Source: Escherichia coli (GTDB lineage Bacteria > Pseudomonadota > Gammaproteobacteria > Enterobacterales > Enterobacteriaceae). From it: a stretch of DNA of 64,000 nucleotides. The DNA is taken from the NCBI RefSeq assembly GCF_016026235.1, contig NZ_CP065613.1. One strand, written 5' to 3'. The notes below the pieces were generated by a model. The model saw only the letters and a list, made by a program, of their open reading frames with translations, was not told the origin of the DNA and searched no databases. Of this stretch, positions 9,790-21,785 are shown in pieces. The translations under genes were made by a program, and so were the position numbers. Positions within the stretch are counted from its first letter, which is position 1. Each line of letters begins with the position of its first letter.

Positions 9790-11301
9790 TTAAATCAACT
9801 GCAATGCTATCCAGTACAGCCCACCAGAAAGAAAAATCGCCGCCGGTAAAGTAAATACCCACGCCATCAGGATGCTGGTTACCGTTTTACGCTGTAACCC
9901 ACCGCCGTCCACCACCATCGTCCCTGCAACTGCAGACGAGAGGACGTGTGTTGTGGAGACGGGCATCCCAATATAACTGGCAAGACCGATAGACACTGCC
10001 GCCGTCATTTGTGCCGCCATGCCTTGCGCATACGTCATGCCGCGCTTACCAATCTTCTCACCGATGGTCATCGCTACACGACGCCAGCCAATCATGGTGC
10101 CAATGCCGAGCGCCAGTGCTACCGCCATGATGATCCACACCGGAGCGTACTCAATGGTGCTTAACATATCGCTGCGAAGTTTTTTCAGCAGGTTCTGGTC
10201 TTCTTTACTGACGCCTGGCGGTTTCGCCAGCTTCGCGGAGGTATCAGAGATGCACAGCATAATGCACAGCATAATGCGGCGCAGCTGGCTGCGCTGACTC
10301 ACGCTTAACGGCTCGTAACTTTCCATATTGCCTGGCAGCATCGTTTTAACGCGCGCAATCGCATCAAAGGTATTTGCCGGATGACAGTGAAACTCCGTCA
10401 CTTGCGCGCCATCAGTAGATGCCGCAGGCAATGGAGGTTCCATCGTAATCAACTTCTGCGGCAGTTCAGGATGCTGTTGCAGGTAGTGTTCGAAGTTGGT
10501 GACGGCATCGCGGGTACGGGTAATTTCATAGCCGGACGCGTTCATATTGACGACGAAGCCAGCAGGGGCAATCCCCACCAATACCAGCATCACCAGGCCG
10601 ATCCCTTTCTGCCCGTCGTTAGCGCCGTGCGAAAACGCCACGCCCGCAGCGGAAACAATCAGCGCAATACGCGTCCAGAATGGCGGCTTACGTTTGCCTT
10701 TTTTCTTTTTGCGATCTTCCGGAATGCGGTGAATACGGTCACGCTTTTTCGTTCCGCTCCAGTAGCGTCGCAGCAGGAATATCAGGCCTCCCGCAATGAC
10801 CAGGCCGACGATAGGGGAAACAATCAGCGAGGAGAAAATTTTGGTCACTTCACGCAGGTTTAACGCATCCATCACCGATGAGCCGGTTAACAGCGCGTTG
10901 GTTAAACCGATGCCGATAATCGCACCAATCAAGGTGTGCGAACTGGAGGCCGGTAAACCAAAGAACCACGTTCCCAGGTTCCAGATAATCGCCGCCAGCA
11001 GCATGGAAAAGACCATCGCCAGACCGTGAGTTGACCCCATATTCAGCAGCAAATCGGTTGGTAACATATGGACAATGGCATAGGCAACGCTAAGTCCGCC
11101 CAATAACACGCCAAAAAAGTTAAAAAATGCCGCCATCACCACAGCAAGTTGTGGTTGCATGGCACGAGTATAAATAACGGTTGCCACCGCATTCGCCGTA
11201 TCATGAAAACCATTGATTGCTTCGTAGAACAACACAAATGCCAGAGCAAGTAATAACAAAAGCCCTGTGTATATATCAAGGCCAACAAATAAATTTAGCA
11301 T
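9790..11301 (-). CDS. pitB: low-affinity inorganic phosphate transporter
   Basis: 503-aa ORF with PiT-family sequence; adjacent to gss as in K-12; contains a 12-bp in-frame tandem duplication. Confidence 0.85.
   Translation of the reverse strand: MLNLFVGLDIYTGLLLLLALAFVLFYEAINGFHDTANAVATVIYTRAMQPQLAVVMAAFFNFFGVLLGGLSVAYAIVHMLPTDLLLNMGSTHGLAMVFSMLLAAIIWNLGTWFFGLPASSSHTLIGAIIGIGLTNALLTGSSVMDALNLREVTKIFSSLIVSPIVGLVIAGGLIFLLRRYWSGTKKRDRIHRIPEDRKKKKGKRKPPFWTRIALIVSAAGVAFSHGANDGQKGIGLVMLVLVGIAPAGFVVNMNASGYEITRTRDAVTNFEHYLQQHPELPQKLITMEPPLPAASTDGAQVTEFHCHPANTFDAIARVKTMLPGNMESYEPLSVSQRSQLRRIMLCIMLCISDTSAKLAKPPGVSKEDQNLLKKLRSDMLSTIEYAPVWIIMAVALALGIGTMIGWRRVAMTIGEKIGKRGMTYAQGMAAQMTAAVSIGLASYIGMPVSTTHVLSSAVAGTMVVDGGGLQRKTVTSILMAWVFTLPAAIFLSGGLYWIALQLI
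10251..10274. repeat. 12-bp perfect tandem duplication (tgcacagcataa x2) inside pitB
   Basis: direct reading of sequence; encodes IMLCIMLC on the minus strand. Confidence 0.9.
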
Positions 11302-11544
11302 ATATTAGATTACGCCATTTTGAATTTACGAACGGACGCATTATCAGTGACTTTAACGGTGTGGGCAAAGTGAAATATCATTTTTTAACGATAAAAAGAG
11401 TGTTATTTCTTGTGTATCAGACAATAAGCATTCATTAAAAATCTTTAGAAATAATTAGAACACAGGCATTCTGCTGGTTAATGTATTCACATATGAAATG
11501 AATAAATATTTGAATATATAAATATTGAATATTTTGATTAATCC

Positions 11545-11580
11545 CCGTACTGACTATTCTTCATAATCAGTACGGGATTG
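11545..11580 (-). terminator. stem-loop downstream of gss
   Basis: inverted repeat ccccgtactga / tcagtacggg, followed by AT-rich tract. Confidence 0.4.
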
Positions 11581-11592
11581 CTACAACATGTA

Positions 11593-13452
11593 TTACTCTT
11601 TCACCACAATTAACGGTTCAATATCACTCTCTTTTTTAATAACCAGTGATTCATCACCGCGCAAACACGTCCCACCGTAGTTGCCGCCAACGGTGAAGGT
11701 ACATACCTGAATGTATTTACCGTCCACTTTCGGCAAACACCACAGTTGCTGATAGATGTTTTTCTGCTCGGCAAATTTACCGCTGGTTTTGTCCAGCACC
11801 TCTTCATGATGGCTGACCAGGTCGATATTGCTACCACAGCGACCGGCAATCGGTTTCACTGCGTAACCTGTTTTCACCAATTCATCATTAACAGTGAAAT
11901 CGGTATCCAGCAGGTAACGATGGTGCGGGAACAGCGACCAGAGGATCGGCAGAATCGCTTTGTTGCCGGGGATCACCGTCCACAGCGGCTCAAAGACCAG
12001 CACTTCCGGGCGCAGCAATACGTCGATAAGACGCACTTCGTTTTGCGGATGACCGGTACGGATTGGCACCGCAGCAAACTCACGGTCGCTAACTTCACGA
12101 ATCTGATCAAACGCGGTTTCCCACGCCCAGGTTTTCCACACGCAGTTAACCAGCCGTCCTTCCCCATCAATCAGTTGCCCGGCAGCATCCCAGCCCAGTT
12201 CATCCAGCCCGCGCAAGATACGCGTTTCAAAGCCCGCCAGGTGCAGCGCCTGCTCCATAAACTGCGCGTGATAGTTTTCCTCGATATCTTTGTCCTGCAT
12301 GATATGGACAAACGGACGTGCACGACTGTGTTTCCAGGCACCAGCCAGTTCGTTAATCAGCCCTTCCGCCGGATTGAAGCCGTTGCCTTTATAGCCCTGC
12401 TCCGCCCAACGTTCGAGGATCAAGCCCGCTTCGGTATGACAGGAGGCGGAGTCGGCGTTGTATTCGTAAACCTTCAGGCCACGCTCATCCATGCAGAAAT
12501 CCATACGACCAGTGATCATATGGTGACGGCGACGCTGCCAGGAGAGACGCAAACGTGGCCAGAGGATTTTCGGAATGTCGAACAGCGCCAGCAGGTTGTC
12601 ATCTTTCAGCACCTTGTCGGTTGCGTGAAGATACATCAGGTGCAGCTCGTTGGTGGCTTTAATCAGCTCCTGCTCGGCGCTCTCGGTAATGGTGTAGTAA
12701 TGATACGGATCCTGATTGATCACCTGACCGTTGGCCTGCACATAGGCGTTTTGCAGCGGATCTTTTTCATCCAGCCATTTACCGTCAAACTGGCCTTTGT
12801 TTTCCAGACGCGCTCCGCTGATTTTCAGCAGCTCGCCTGCAATTTCCGGCTGCGGTAAGCTGTATTCAGTATCTTCCGTCTGGATCATCCAGCCCAGAAT
12901 GGTGGTGTCATCAAAAGTGTCTTTAAGGGTATAGCAGCCGTTTTCGACCACCATTTCCAGTTCGCGCGTCCACTGTTGCCCTTGCGGCAACGGGGAATGA
13001 ATCACGTTCTGTTCCGCAATACGGACTTTGTTGCCATGCAATTGGGTAATGATGGCGACATGGCCAGTGTCTTTAAATTCACCGCCTTTATCCCAGATAA
13101 GAAGCGCACCCGCGACCGGCGCACGCGGCGAGCCGTTAGGAAATGCCTGCAATGGCAGTATGTTGTCATTAACCACTTCACGCAGGAAGCGCAGCGAGAA
13201 AATCTCCCACGCCATACCCACGTCAGTGAAGACCACACCGTAATTCAGAAAGAGAAAACGGCGAGCAAATTCAACGCATTGCCATTTGTGGCCCATATAT
13301 TCGTCGTCGATATAGCTACGGAATACGGCGTCATCTTCGTATTCCTGCGGATCGAGAGAACTGTAATCTGAAGAGTAGATTGCTACCCCACCTGGGGCGT
13401 AGCCCAATAATGTCCCGAACGGGGCATCCTGGCTGGTCGTTCCTTTGCTCAT
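11593..13452 (-). CDS. gss: bifunctional glutathionylspermidine synthetase/amidase
   Basis: 619-aa protein starting MSKGTTSQDAPFGTLLGYAPGG. Confidence 0.9.
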   Translation of the reverse strand: MSKGTTSQDAPFGTLLGYAPGGVAIYSSDYSSLDPQEYEDDAVFRSYIDDEYMGHKWQCVEFARRFLFLNYGVVFTDVGMAWEIFSLRFLREVVNDNILPLQAFPNGSPRAPVAGALLIWDKGGEFKDTGHVAIITQLHGNKVRIAEQNVIHSPLPQGQQWTRELEMVVENGCYTLKDTFDDTTILGWMIQTEDTEYSLPQPEIAGELLKISGARLENKGQFDGKWLDEKDPLQNAYVQANGQVINQDPYHYYTITESAEQELIKATNELHLMYLHATDKVLKDDNLLALFDIPKILWPRLRLSWQRRRHHMITGRMDFCMDERGLKVYEYNADSASCHTEAGLILERWAEQGYKGNGFNPAEGLINELAGAWKHSRARPFVHIMQDKDIEENYHAQFMEQALHLAGFETRILRGLDELGWDAAGQLIDGEGRLVNCVWKTWAWETAFDQIREVSDREFAAVPIRTGHPQNEVRLIDVLLRPEVLVFEPLWTVIPGNKAILPILWSLFPHHRYLLDTDFTVNDELVKTGYAVKPIAGRCGSNIDLVSHHEEVLDKTSGKFAEQKNIYQQLWCLPKVDGKYIQVCTFTVGGNYGGTCLRGDESLVIKKESDIEPLIVVKE

Positions 13453-13656
13453 CACTTTACCTTTAACAATACAACCTAAGCAGTTGGCGTAATTGTTGTG
13501 CTCTGATTACCTGCTCAGCGACATTAACCGGACAGAGGTCAGACTAATCATACACCTCATCGCAGCGGCTGGCGCAAAGGGTTAAAAAATTCACATTCTG
13601 TACAGCAAGTGACCTGCTACACTGCTTCAACACTACCACTCAGAAGGCAACTCACT

Positions 13657-14523
13657 ATGACAGACAATACTTATCAGCCCGCGAAAGTCTGGACGTGGGA
13701 TAAATCCGCTGGCGGCGCGTTCGCCAATATCAATCGCCCGGTTTCTGGTCCGACGCATGAAAAAACGCTGCCCGTTGGCAAACATCCATTGCAACTTTAT
13801 TCGCTGGGAACGCCGAACGGTCAGAAAGTAACGATTATGCTTGAGGAGCTGCTGGCGCTGGGCGTTACTGGTGCAGAGTACGACGCCTGGCTGATACGCA
13901 TAGGCGATGGCGATCAATTCTCCAGCGGCTTTGTCGAAGTGAACCCAAACTCGAAGATCCCGGCGCTGCGCGATCATACGCATAATCCGCCGATCCGCGT
14001 GTTTGAGTCTGGTTCGATCCTGCTTTATCTGGCAGAAAAATTTGGCTACTTCTTGCCGCAGGATCTGGCTAAACGTACTGAAGCAATGAACTGGCTGTTC
14101 TGGCTACAGGGTGCCGCGCCGTTCCTCGGCGGTGGTTTTGGTCACTTTTACCATTACGCGCCGGTGAAAATTGAGTACGCCATCAATCGCTTTACCATGG
14201 AAGCCAAACGTCTGCTCGACGTGCTGGATAAGCAACTGGCGCAGCATAAGTTTGTTGCGGGCGATGAGTACACCATTGCGGATATGGCGATTTGGCCGTG
14301 GTTTGGCAATGTGGTATTAGGCGGCGTATATGATGCCGCAGAGTTTCTTGATGCGGGCAGTTATAAGCATGTGCAACGCTGGGCAAAAGAAGTGGGCGAA
14401 CGTCCGGCGGTGAAACGTGGGCGTATTGTTAACCGCAGCAACGGGCCGCTGAACGAGCAGTTGCATGAGCGCCATGACGCCAGTGATTTTGAGACGAATA
14501 CGGAAGATAAGCGTCAGGGGTAA
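13657..14523 (+). CDS. yghU: GST-like disulfide-bond reductase
   Basis: 288 aa from MTDNTYQPAKVWTWD; ORF extends upstream to 13609. Confidence 0.85.
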   Translation: MTDNTYQPAKVWTWDKSAGGAFANINRPVSGPTHEKTLPVGKHPLQLYSLGTPNGQKVTIMLEELLALGVTGAEYDAWLIRIGDGDQFSSGFVEVNPNSKIPALRDHTHNPPIRVFESGSILLYLAEKFGYFLPQDLAKRTEAMNWLFWLQGAAPFLGGGFGHFYHYAPVKIEYAINRFTMEAKRLLDVLDKQLAQHKFVAGDEYTIADMAIWPWFGNVVLGGVYDAAEFLDAGSYKHVQRWAKEVGERPAVKRGRIVNRSNGPLNEQLHERHDASDFETNTEDKRQG

Positions 14524-14549
14524 GGGTTAGCGTTCGTCGCAGCAAGCCA

Positions 14550-14635
14550 TCCAGGCCGGATAAGGCGTTCACGCCGCATCCGGCAATCGAGCACAATGCC
14601 TGATGCGACGCTGCCGCGTCTTATCAGACCTACGA
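14550..14635. repeat. REP (repetitive extragenic palindromic) elements
   Basis: gccggataaggcgttcacgccgcatccggc and gcctgatgcgacgctgccgcgtcttatcag palindromic units. Confidence 0.6.
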
Positions 14636-14645
14636 AAGCTAATCA

Positions 14646-14894
14646 TCACGCGCTGGTAATGTCGTAATCCATTTGGCGCAGTGCGTCTAATGTGGCTTTG
14701 GCTTCATCTTCGTCGATGATGCTCATGGCAAATCCGACGTGTACCAGCACCCACTGGCCCAGTAGATCGGCAGGGTTACCTTCACAAATCAGGGCGATAT
14801 TCACGTCGCGCTTGATACCACATACTTCAACCTGCGCAAGCTGGTGAATATCTTCACCGACAGCCAGCACCTGGCCTGGAACGCCAATACACAT
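14646..14894 (-). CDS. hybG: hydrogenase maturation chaperone (HypC family)
   Basis: 82 aa, [10 protein letters not shown]-terminus. Confidence 0.9.
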
Positions 14895-14906
14895 TGTTAA
14901 CTCCGG

Positions 14907-15248
14907 TTATTCAACTTCAATACTTTTGACGATCAGCGAATCGCCGGTATCGACACGCAACCGCTCGCCATGACAGAGCGGACACTGCGCATCGTGCTGA
15001 TGAATCTCCACCACCTGGCTGCAATCCCAGCACCAGGCCTGGGCGGGTTTATAGATGATATGTAAATCGCACCCTTGCGCCACCGTTCCGTGGCAGACAA
15101 TTTCAAAACTAAAACGGACGGCGCTCTCCTCAACGCAGGAGAGCGCGCCAATTTCCAGCCACACGGCGGTGACGCGCTTAACATCGTGCTGCTCCGCCTG
15201 CCGCTGGATAATTTCAACGGCGCTCTGGCAAAGCGACAACTCATGCAT
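14907..15248 (-). CDS. hybF: hydrogenase nickel-insertion protein (HypA family)
   Basis: 113 aa from MHELSLCQS; CxxC pairs. Confidence 0.9.
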   Translation of the reverse strand: MHELSLCQSAVEIIQRQAEQHDVKRVTAVWLEIGALSCVEESAVRFSFEIVCHGTVAQGCDLHIIYKPAQAWCWDCSQVVEIHQHDAQCPLCHGERLRVDTGDSLIVKSIEVE

Positions 15249-15729
15249 TTTCGCCACTCCTGCGACCAAACAGCAGGGCGCGACGCCCTGCGTGTGGTAC
15301 ATCCGGATTGGTGACCGGCAGCGAAAGGATCATTCGTGCGCAGTCATCCGTCAGGCGTTGGCCCTCTTCAATCGACATACTGTGCGAAAGCGGTGACATC
15401 AGCGAACAGGAGAGGTATTGCGAAACACCGTCCAGTTCGCCAACGGTAAAGGTCATGGTGCCATACGGCAGTTGCAGACCGATTTTTTCACTCACTTTGC
15501 GCAGCGGCCATAGTTGCTCCGGGCCGGGGAAGATAACTGCACTCAGCATCCACGGGGTGATCACACACCCCGTCCACTGACCTTCGAACAGCGTAAAATC
15601 AGAAACATACACCGGCATTGAAGGATGCAGAAAAGAGAGATCGTGCATCGAACGCCGGGCAATTTCTTCAAACGCTGCCTGTACTTGCGCCTTCGGGGAG
15701 GTCTGGAAACCTGCTATCTCTTCAGTCAT
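15241..15729 (-). CDS. hybE: hydrogenase-2 operon protein
   Basis: 162 aa from MTEEIAGFQTSP; overlaps hybF start and hybD stop. Confidence 0.85.
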   Translation of the reverse strand: MTEEIAGFQTSPKAQVQAAFEEIARRSMHDLSFLHPSMPVYVSDFTLFEGQWTGCVITPWMLSAVIFPGPEQLWPLRKVSEKIGLQLPYGTMTFTVGELDGVSQYLSCSLMSPLSHSMSIEEGQRLTDDCARMILSLPVTNPDVPHAGRRALLFGRRSGENA

Positions 15730-16216
15730 GAATCGCCTCCCGTGGGATGGCTTCCACGCCAGATTCACGCAGCGCAGCCAGAACCTGCTCAAGCGCAGGT
15801 TCAATCATTGCTTCAACCGTCGGCGTTAAGCCGATGTGTGGCTCCAGCGATTCCGGAATTACGCCGACCAGGGTCAGCTTTTTCGGAAACTCGCCGGTGA
15901 AGCGCAGGGCCGACAAGACGTCGGCCAGGCCAAGCTGATGCGGAGAGATTTTGTTGGTAAACAACGCCGGAACTTCTTCATCCCGCAGGATCATCATCGT
16001 TCCCGGCGCGCTCTTCTTCGACACAATGGCATCCGCAATAATCAGATGATCGCGATTTGCCATGTCGCCAAGCAGCTCCATTCCCGCCGTGCCGCCATCG
16101 AGGATCTCAACATAATCCGGCAGAATGTATCGTTGCTCTAACGCTTCGACAATCCGCACACCGATGGCTTCATCGGTCAGCAAAATATTGCCGACCCCTA
16201 AGACTAAAATACGCAT
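15722..16216 (-). CDS. hybD: hydrogenase-2 maturation endopeptidase
   Basis: 164 aa, MRILVLGVGN start. Confidence 0.9.
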   Translation of the reverse strand: MRILVLGVGNILLTDEAIGVRIVEALEQRYILPDYVEILDGGTAGMELLGDMANRDHLIIADAIVSKKSAPGTMMILRDEEVPALFTNKISPHQLGLADVLSALRFTGEFPKKLTLVGVIPESLEPHIGLTPTVEAMIEPALEQVLAALRESGVEAIPREAIHD

Positions 16217-17919
16217 TACAGAACCTTCACTGAAACCACTTCGTTGCCGTCAGCATCCACTACGTGTACCGCACAGGCCATGCACGGGTCGAAGGAGTGA
16301 ATGGTACGCACCACTTCCAGCGGTTTATTCGGATCGGCAACCGGTGTACCCACCAGCGACTGCTCGTAAGGACCGACGTCATCATTGAAGTTACGCGGGC
16401 CAGAGTTCCAGGTTGATGGAACAACTGCCTGGTAGTTGCTGATGATACCGTCTTTGATCACCATCCAGTGAGAGAGCATACCGCGCGGCGCTTCGAGGAA
16501 GCCAACACCTTTGAACTCACCCGTTGCCGGAATGTTCGGCTTCACAAAGGTGGTGTGATCGCCTTTGCCGATATTGGTGATCAGTGCACTGTATTGGTTT
16601 TGCAGGATATCCTGCAATTCACAGCAGTGAACGGTACGACCAATAATACGGCCCAGCGTGGAGTGCAGCTGTGCCACTTCCAGCGTGTTGCCAGTCAGTT
16701 TCTGATAAATCGCAACGATTTCATTCAGTTTGTTCTGGGTAGATTCGCGACCTGCCGCCAGTTTCACCAGCATATTAGCCAGCGGACCCACTTCTACCGT
16801 TTTGCCGTAGAAAGTCGGCGATTTCACCCAGGAATATTTACCGTCGTCAGACCAACCGTCGTAAGCCGGAATGGTGGTACCTTCCCACGGTGCCTGCGGC
16901 GCTTCGTCTTTATACCAGGAGTGCTTCGCGCTTTCCTGAATGCCTTTGATCAGGTATTCATCGGAATGAGAAGTGATCGGACGATACGAGGACAGATCCG
17001 CATTCTCAATGTAGCCGCCCGGGAACAGGAAGCTGCCGTTTTTACTGTCGGTCGGGAATTCCGGCACGCTCAGGTAGTTCACCGCACCTTTACCGCGCGT
17101 CAGCCATTCCGGGTAGAACGCGGCAATAACTGCGGTATCAACCTTATAAACCTGTTCAACAAAGTCGCTCAGCTTGTCGATGAAAGACTTGATGTACATC
17201 AGGCGCTCAAGGTTCAGCACGCCCAAACCGTCGAGGTTGATCGGGTTCGCGACACCACCTACCGCCAGGTTCTGAATGTGCGGCGTTTTACCGCCCAGCA
17301 GCGCCACGACGCGGTTAGCGTCACGCTGGCACTCCAGCGCCTGCAGGTAGTGCGCTACCGCAATCAGGTTCACTTCCGGCGGCAGTTTCATCGCCGGGTG
17401 ACCCCAGTAGCCATTGGCGAAAATACCCAACTGACCGCTGGCAACCAGATCTTTGATCTTGTTCTGAACTTTAGTGAACTCTTCCGGACTGTTCAGATGC
17501 CAGGTCGAAACGCCTTTCAGCATTTCGGAGGCTTTGGTTGGGTCAGCTTGCAGTGCAGAAGTGATGTCCACCCAGTCCAGCGCCGAAAGCTGATAGAAAT
17601 GAACGATATGGTCATGCGTGGTGTGCGCAGCCAGAATGATGTTACGGATGTATTGCGCGTTAACCGGAACGTCGATATTCAGCGCACTTTCTGCCGCACG
17701 AACGGAAGACAGCGCGTGAGTGGTAGTACATACGCCACAGATACGTTGCACAATCATCCATGCATCGCGCGGATCGCGGTTTTTCACGATCTCTTCCATG
17801 CCGCGCCACATGGTACCGGAAGCCCATGCTTTCGAAACGACGCCATTTTCGATTTCGCAATCGATGCGTAAATGCCCCTCAATACGGGTTACCGGATCAA
17901 TAGTAATTCTCTGGCTCAT
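16216..17919 (-). CDS. hybC: [NiFe] hydrogenase-2 large subunit
   Basis: 567 aa; N-terminal RIEGH and C-terminal DPCMACAVH nickel-binding motifs. Confidence 0.95.
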   Translation of the reverse strand: MSQRITIDPVTRIEGHLRIDCEIENGVVSKAWASGTMWRGMEEIVKNRDPRDAWMIVQRICGVCTTTHALSSVRAAESALNIDVPVNAQYIRNIILAAHTTHDHIVHFYQLSALDWVDITSALQADPTKASEMLKGVSTWHLNSPEEFTKVQNKIKDLVASGQLGIFANGYWGHPAMKLPPEVNLIAVAHYLQALECQRDANRVVALLGGKTPHIQNLAVGGVANPINLDGLGVLNLERLMYIKSFIDKLSDFVEQVYKVDTAVIAAFYPEWLTRGKGAVNYLSVPEFPTDSKNGSFLFPGGYIENADLSSYRPITSHSDEYLIKGIQESAKHSWYKDEAPQAPWEGTTIPAYDGWSDDGKYSWVKSPTFYGKTVEVGPLANMLVKLAAGRESTQNKLNEIVAIYQKLTGNTLEVAQLHSTLGRIIGRTVHCCELQDILQNQYSALITNIGKGDHTTFVKPNIPATGEFKGVGFLEAPRGMLSHWMVIKDGIISNYQAVVPSTWNSGPRNFNDDVGPYEQSLVGTPVADPNKPLEVVRTIHSFDPCMACAVHVVDADGNEVVSVKVL

Positions 17920-19094
17920 GCTTTGCTCGCCTCATGACGATTATGATCGTTTTGTTTTAAAGGAGGAAGTATCGGCAGTAGACGAATGAGTACGATGTAA
18001 GCGCAAATCTCAATAGCCACAAAACCAATAGAAATCAACAGTTCTTCCCAGGTCGGGAAGTAGGCGTAACCGCCGCCCGGGTTGAATGCCACCAGCGAAT
18101 AGGTCAGACGCCAGGTTGCACAACCTAACAGTGCGCTCAGTGCTGACAGGAACAGCATGCGGGAATCATTACGCAGCTTCGCCACACGCAGAACGACCAG
18201 CGGGAAGAGCATCAGCAGGACTTCAATCCAGAACATCACGGAGTAGAAGTCACCGGCAAACGCTAACGACAGCTTGTCGCGATAGATAAGCTCGCCAAAG
18301 CGCAGCACGATGAAAATCGCCAGCAACACACTGATGGTGTTGGTCAGCTTGACGAACAGGCTCTTTTCATCCGGACCGTTGCCACGCAGACCCGCCTGCA
18401 CCAGTGAACCTTCAAAGATGACAATCGAGAAGCCCATGATGAACGCCGTCAGCAGCGAGAACAGCGGCAACATTTCATAGCTCTGCCACAGCGGATGCAC
18501 CTTGTAGCCCGCCGAGATCATCAGCGACCCCATTGAAGACTGGTGCATGGTCGGCAGCAGCGCACCGAGCGCGATGATGAAGAACATCACCTTGTTCAGA
18601 CGCTGTAGCGACACCTTCCAGCCCAGACGTTCAAACAGTGCCGGAGCAAACTCCAGAGCCATCACGCCGATGTAGATGGTCATACAGACCGCCGTCTCGA
18701 ACAGTACCGAGTTCACGTTGAAGTGACCCGGAATGTAGAAGTACGGCAGGTTCCAGTAGCGACCCACGTCGATAGTGATCGACAAGCCACCCAGTGAGTA
18801 ACCAAACAGACTCGCCAACAGCGCCGGACGCACCAGCGGATGGTATTGCCCACGGTTAAAGACGTATACCGCCCACGCCAGCGCCCAGCCGCCACAGGCA
18901 AAGCCGGTGCCGATCAGCAGGTCAAACGCGATCCACACGCCCCACGGAAAGCCGCCGTTCAGGTCGGAGACAGAGCCCAGACCGAACACCAGACGCTTCA
19001 CAATCAGGAGCATACAGATGACGATTAACGGTCCAAAAATCATGACCGGTTTACTGATGATTTTGCCGCCCAGCGGTTGTGGATCATGACTCAT
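17916..19094 (-). CDS. hybB: hydrogenase-2 integral membrane subunit
   Basis: 392-aa polytopic membrane protein in the hyb operon. Confidence 0.9.
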
Positions 19095-20070
19095 GATCGT
19101 CTCCTCCGTCGTGATGGTCGTTTTTGGTGTTGCGACGAACCAGCACGGTTAAGCCCGCCAGCACAGCCAGTGGTAGCATCATGCCTTTATACAGGGTGTG
19201 TTGAATATTTTCGGAACGCGCACCGGTAGAAAGATCGTCCAGTTTCGGCAGGTCGAGATTTTCATAAGGCACACCCGTCAGTACCAGAACCTGAGTACCG
19301 CCGCCCTCTTTCTCGCCGTACAGATGCGGATAATATTTCGGCACCGTATGCAGGTAAGTGTCGCCAGATTTCAGCGTCTGACGCGGATAGTGGTATTCGC
19401 TGCCAGGCTTCAGCGCCAGACGTTTTTTCGCCTCCGCCATCAGCTCTTCACGCGTACCAAAAATCACCGCGCCCGCCGGGCACACTTCTACGCAGCCAGG
19501 CAGACCGCCTTTATCGAGACGTTCCACACCTTTCTGGTTGCACAGCTCGCACTTATGTAGCGCACCAAACGGGTTGTTGTAGTCGTACTTCGGCACGTTG
19601 TACGGACAGGCGACCATGCAGTAACGGCAACCGGTGCACACGTCTTTGTCGTAATGGACAATGCCGGTTTTCGGATCTTTTTTCAGCGCAGAGACTGGGC
19701 ACACAGAGACACAGTTCGGATCGACGCAGTGCATACACTGTTTCTTAATGTACGCGTAGCCATTCTCCTCCTGGTCTTTGTTGACCCCTGTGCCGCTGGT
19801 CCACACCTGAATGATGTTATTGGTATACGGCGACAGTTTGTCGTTGTTCGACCAGGTCTGTTCCCCTTGCGGGTTACGTTCAGGGAAGTTGATATCCTGA
19901 CACTTGGTGACGCAAGCCTGGCAGCCTACGCACAAGGTCGAGTCGTACAACATCCCCAGCGATCCCGGAATTGGCGGGCGGTTTTCAGCAGCCGCATGAC
20001 TGACAGACGGCAGCGCGCCCGTCAGCAATGCCCCGCAGGAGGCTGCTTTAATAAAATTACGTCTGTTCAC
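19084..20070 (-). CDS. hybA: hydrogenase-2 Fe-S ferredoxin-type subunit
   Basis: 328 aa; Tat-type signal (RRNFIK); multiple CxxCxxCxxxCP clusters. Confidence 0.9.
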
Positions 20071-20072
20071 GG

Positions 20073-21191
20073 TTATTCTCCCCGTGAGTCAGCTTTATCT
20101 TTCTTTTGCTGACGACCCAGTTCACGCACCGCCATCACGCTGACACCGGCAACCAGCCCAACCACACCGCCGAGCAAACCAATAGCGCCTGCAGAGACGT
20201 TGCCGCCCTCTTTAGCGTTAACATCCGGTTTCTGTGAACGCGGAGTCTGATTTTCGACGTTGGCAAGCTGATGGATGCCTTTATGGAAGCCGATACCTTC
20301 TTCGTTACAGCCATAGCACGGGTGACCAATTGCCACCGGCCACACGCCGCCAACGTCGCAGAATTGCAGCGTTGAGCAGTTGCCGTAAGTTTCTGGCCCT
20401 TTACAGCCGAGGTGGTACAAGCACCAGCCTTCGCGGTGGCCTTCATCACCGAACTCTTTGGCAAAACGACCAGCATCGAAGTGCGGGCGACGTTCGCAGT
20501 GTTCGTGAATCAGACGGCCATAGGCGAAGGTCGGACGGTTTTTGTCATCCAGTTTCGGCGGTTTGCCGTAAGTGATGATGTGCGCAACGGTCGCGAGGAA
20601 GTTGTGCGGGTTCGGCGGGCAGCCCGGAATGTTGATAACGGTTTTGCCTGGCAGAACTTCTTGCAGGCTGACTGCGCCAGTTGGGTTAACTCCAGCTGCG
20701 GCAACACCGCCCCACGCAGAGCAGGAACCGATAGCGATAATGGCTGCTGCGCCTTCCGCCGCTTTGCGGATGTGATCCACAATCGGCTCACCGGCAACCA
20801 TGCAATAAATACCGTTATCTTTTAATGGGATGGAACCATCCACCACTAACACATACTGCCCTTTGTACTTCTCGAGAGCGTTATGTTTGTTCTCTTCGAC
20901 CTGATGACCGAAGGCGGCGGAAAGCACTTCGTGATACTCCAGAGAGATAGTCTCCAGCACGAGGTTTTCTACCGTTGGATGCGTTGCACGAAGCAGAGAT
21001 TCCGTACAACCGGTGCACTCCTGCGCGCCAATCCAGATAACTGGCGGACGCTGCGGGTTAGTAACCGATTCGGCCATCTCAGCAGCGGCTTTGCTACTTA
21101 ACCCCATGGTGGCGGCTAATGCTGCACAAAGCTTCATGAAATCACGACGGTTAATGCCGTGAGAATGGATGAGGGTGTTATCTCCAGTCAT
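20073..21191 (-). CDS. hybO: [NiFe] hydrogenase-2 small subunit
   Basis: 372 aa; Tat signal (RRDFMK); Fe-S cysteine pattern. Confidence 0.9.
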   Translation of the reverse strand: MTGDNTLIHSHGINRRDFMKLCAALAATMGLSSKAAAEMAESVTNPQRPPVIWIGAQECTGCTESLLRATHPTVENLVLETISLEYHEVLSAAFGHQVEENKHNALEKYKGQYVLVVDGSIPLKDNGIYCMVAGEPIVDHIRKAAEGAAAIIAIGSCSAWGGVAAAGVNPTGAVSLQEVLPGKTVINIPGCPPNPHNFLATVAHIITYGKPPKLDDKNRPTFAYGRLIHEHCERRPHFDAGRFAKEFGDEGHREGWCLYHLGCKGPETYGNCSTLQFCDVGGVWPVAIGHPCYGCNEEGIGFHKGIHQLANVENQTPRSQKPDVNAKEGGNVSAGAIGLLGGVVGLVAGVSVMAVRELGRQQKKDKADSRGE

Positions 21192-21379
21192 TTATAGTTA
21201 TTCCGTTGCGAAGACCTGGCATATATTTTGCCTCAATCGCAAAATCAATAATGCGATCGATGCGCCATTTACCACACATTTATTATGGTTATCGATATCA
21301 TGATACTGCGGCGGGGCGCTAAAACGAAGGGAAGAAGCATTAGTGTAATTAATTAAAGCAAGATAATACGTATGTTTGA

Positions 21380-21667
21380 TCAATTTTCGAGGCGATAACC
21401 GGCCATAAAAAAGCGCAACGTAGAACAGGAATTATTCTCACGAAAGAAATCCATTACCATCTCTTTATCCAGTCCATAGCGGCGCGTCAGAATACCCGCT
21501 TCCCAGGCGCTAAGCTGGCGATCTCCGGTCTTTTCGTACATCCGGTGTGAGTAGCCTAATACAAAACCGCGTTTATAATCGGCACAGAATTTTGTCACAT
21601 TAACCGCACTGTCGGCATGCGTTGCTTTTAATCCCGCCATTAAGCCTTTACCAAAATGGTTATTCAT
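21380..21667 (-). CDS. yghW: small protein of unknown function
   Basis: 95-aa ORF upstream of the hyb operon. Confidence 0.7.
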
Positions 21668-21785
21668 CGTTCACCTCATTCGCTATATATCGTCATATAT
21701 AGCGATATTTTAGGCAAAGAACGACTTTTGCGCACGCTATTTTTTCATGCTTGTTTAAGACGTAATCCCGTAAGAGATAAACCTA

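Noticed and set aside
10251-10274. Frameshift or pseudogenisation of pitB
   Set aside because: The duplication is exactly 12 bp and in frame; the ORF is uninterrupted.
11746-12858. 370-aa ORF on the plus strand
   Set aside because: Antisense to gss; low-complexity, no motif; shadow ORF.
16468-17871. 467-aa ORF on the plus strand
   Set aside because: Lies entirely antisense to hybC, whose identity is secure from nickel-binding motifs; the product is Arg/Val-rich with no recognisable domain, typical of a shadow ORF in GC-rich coding sequence.
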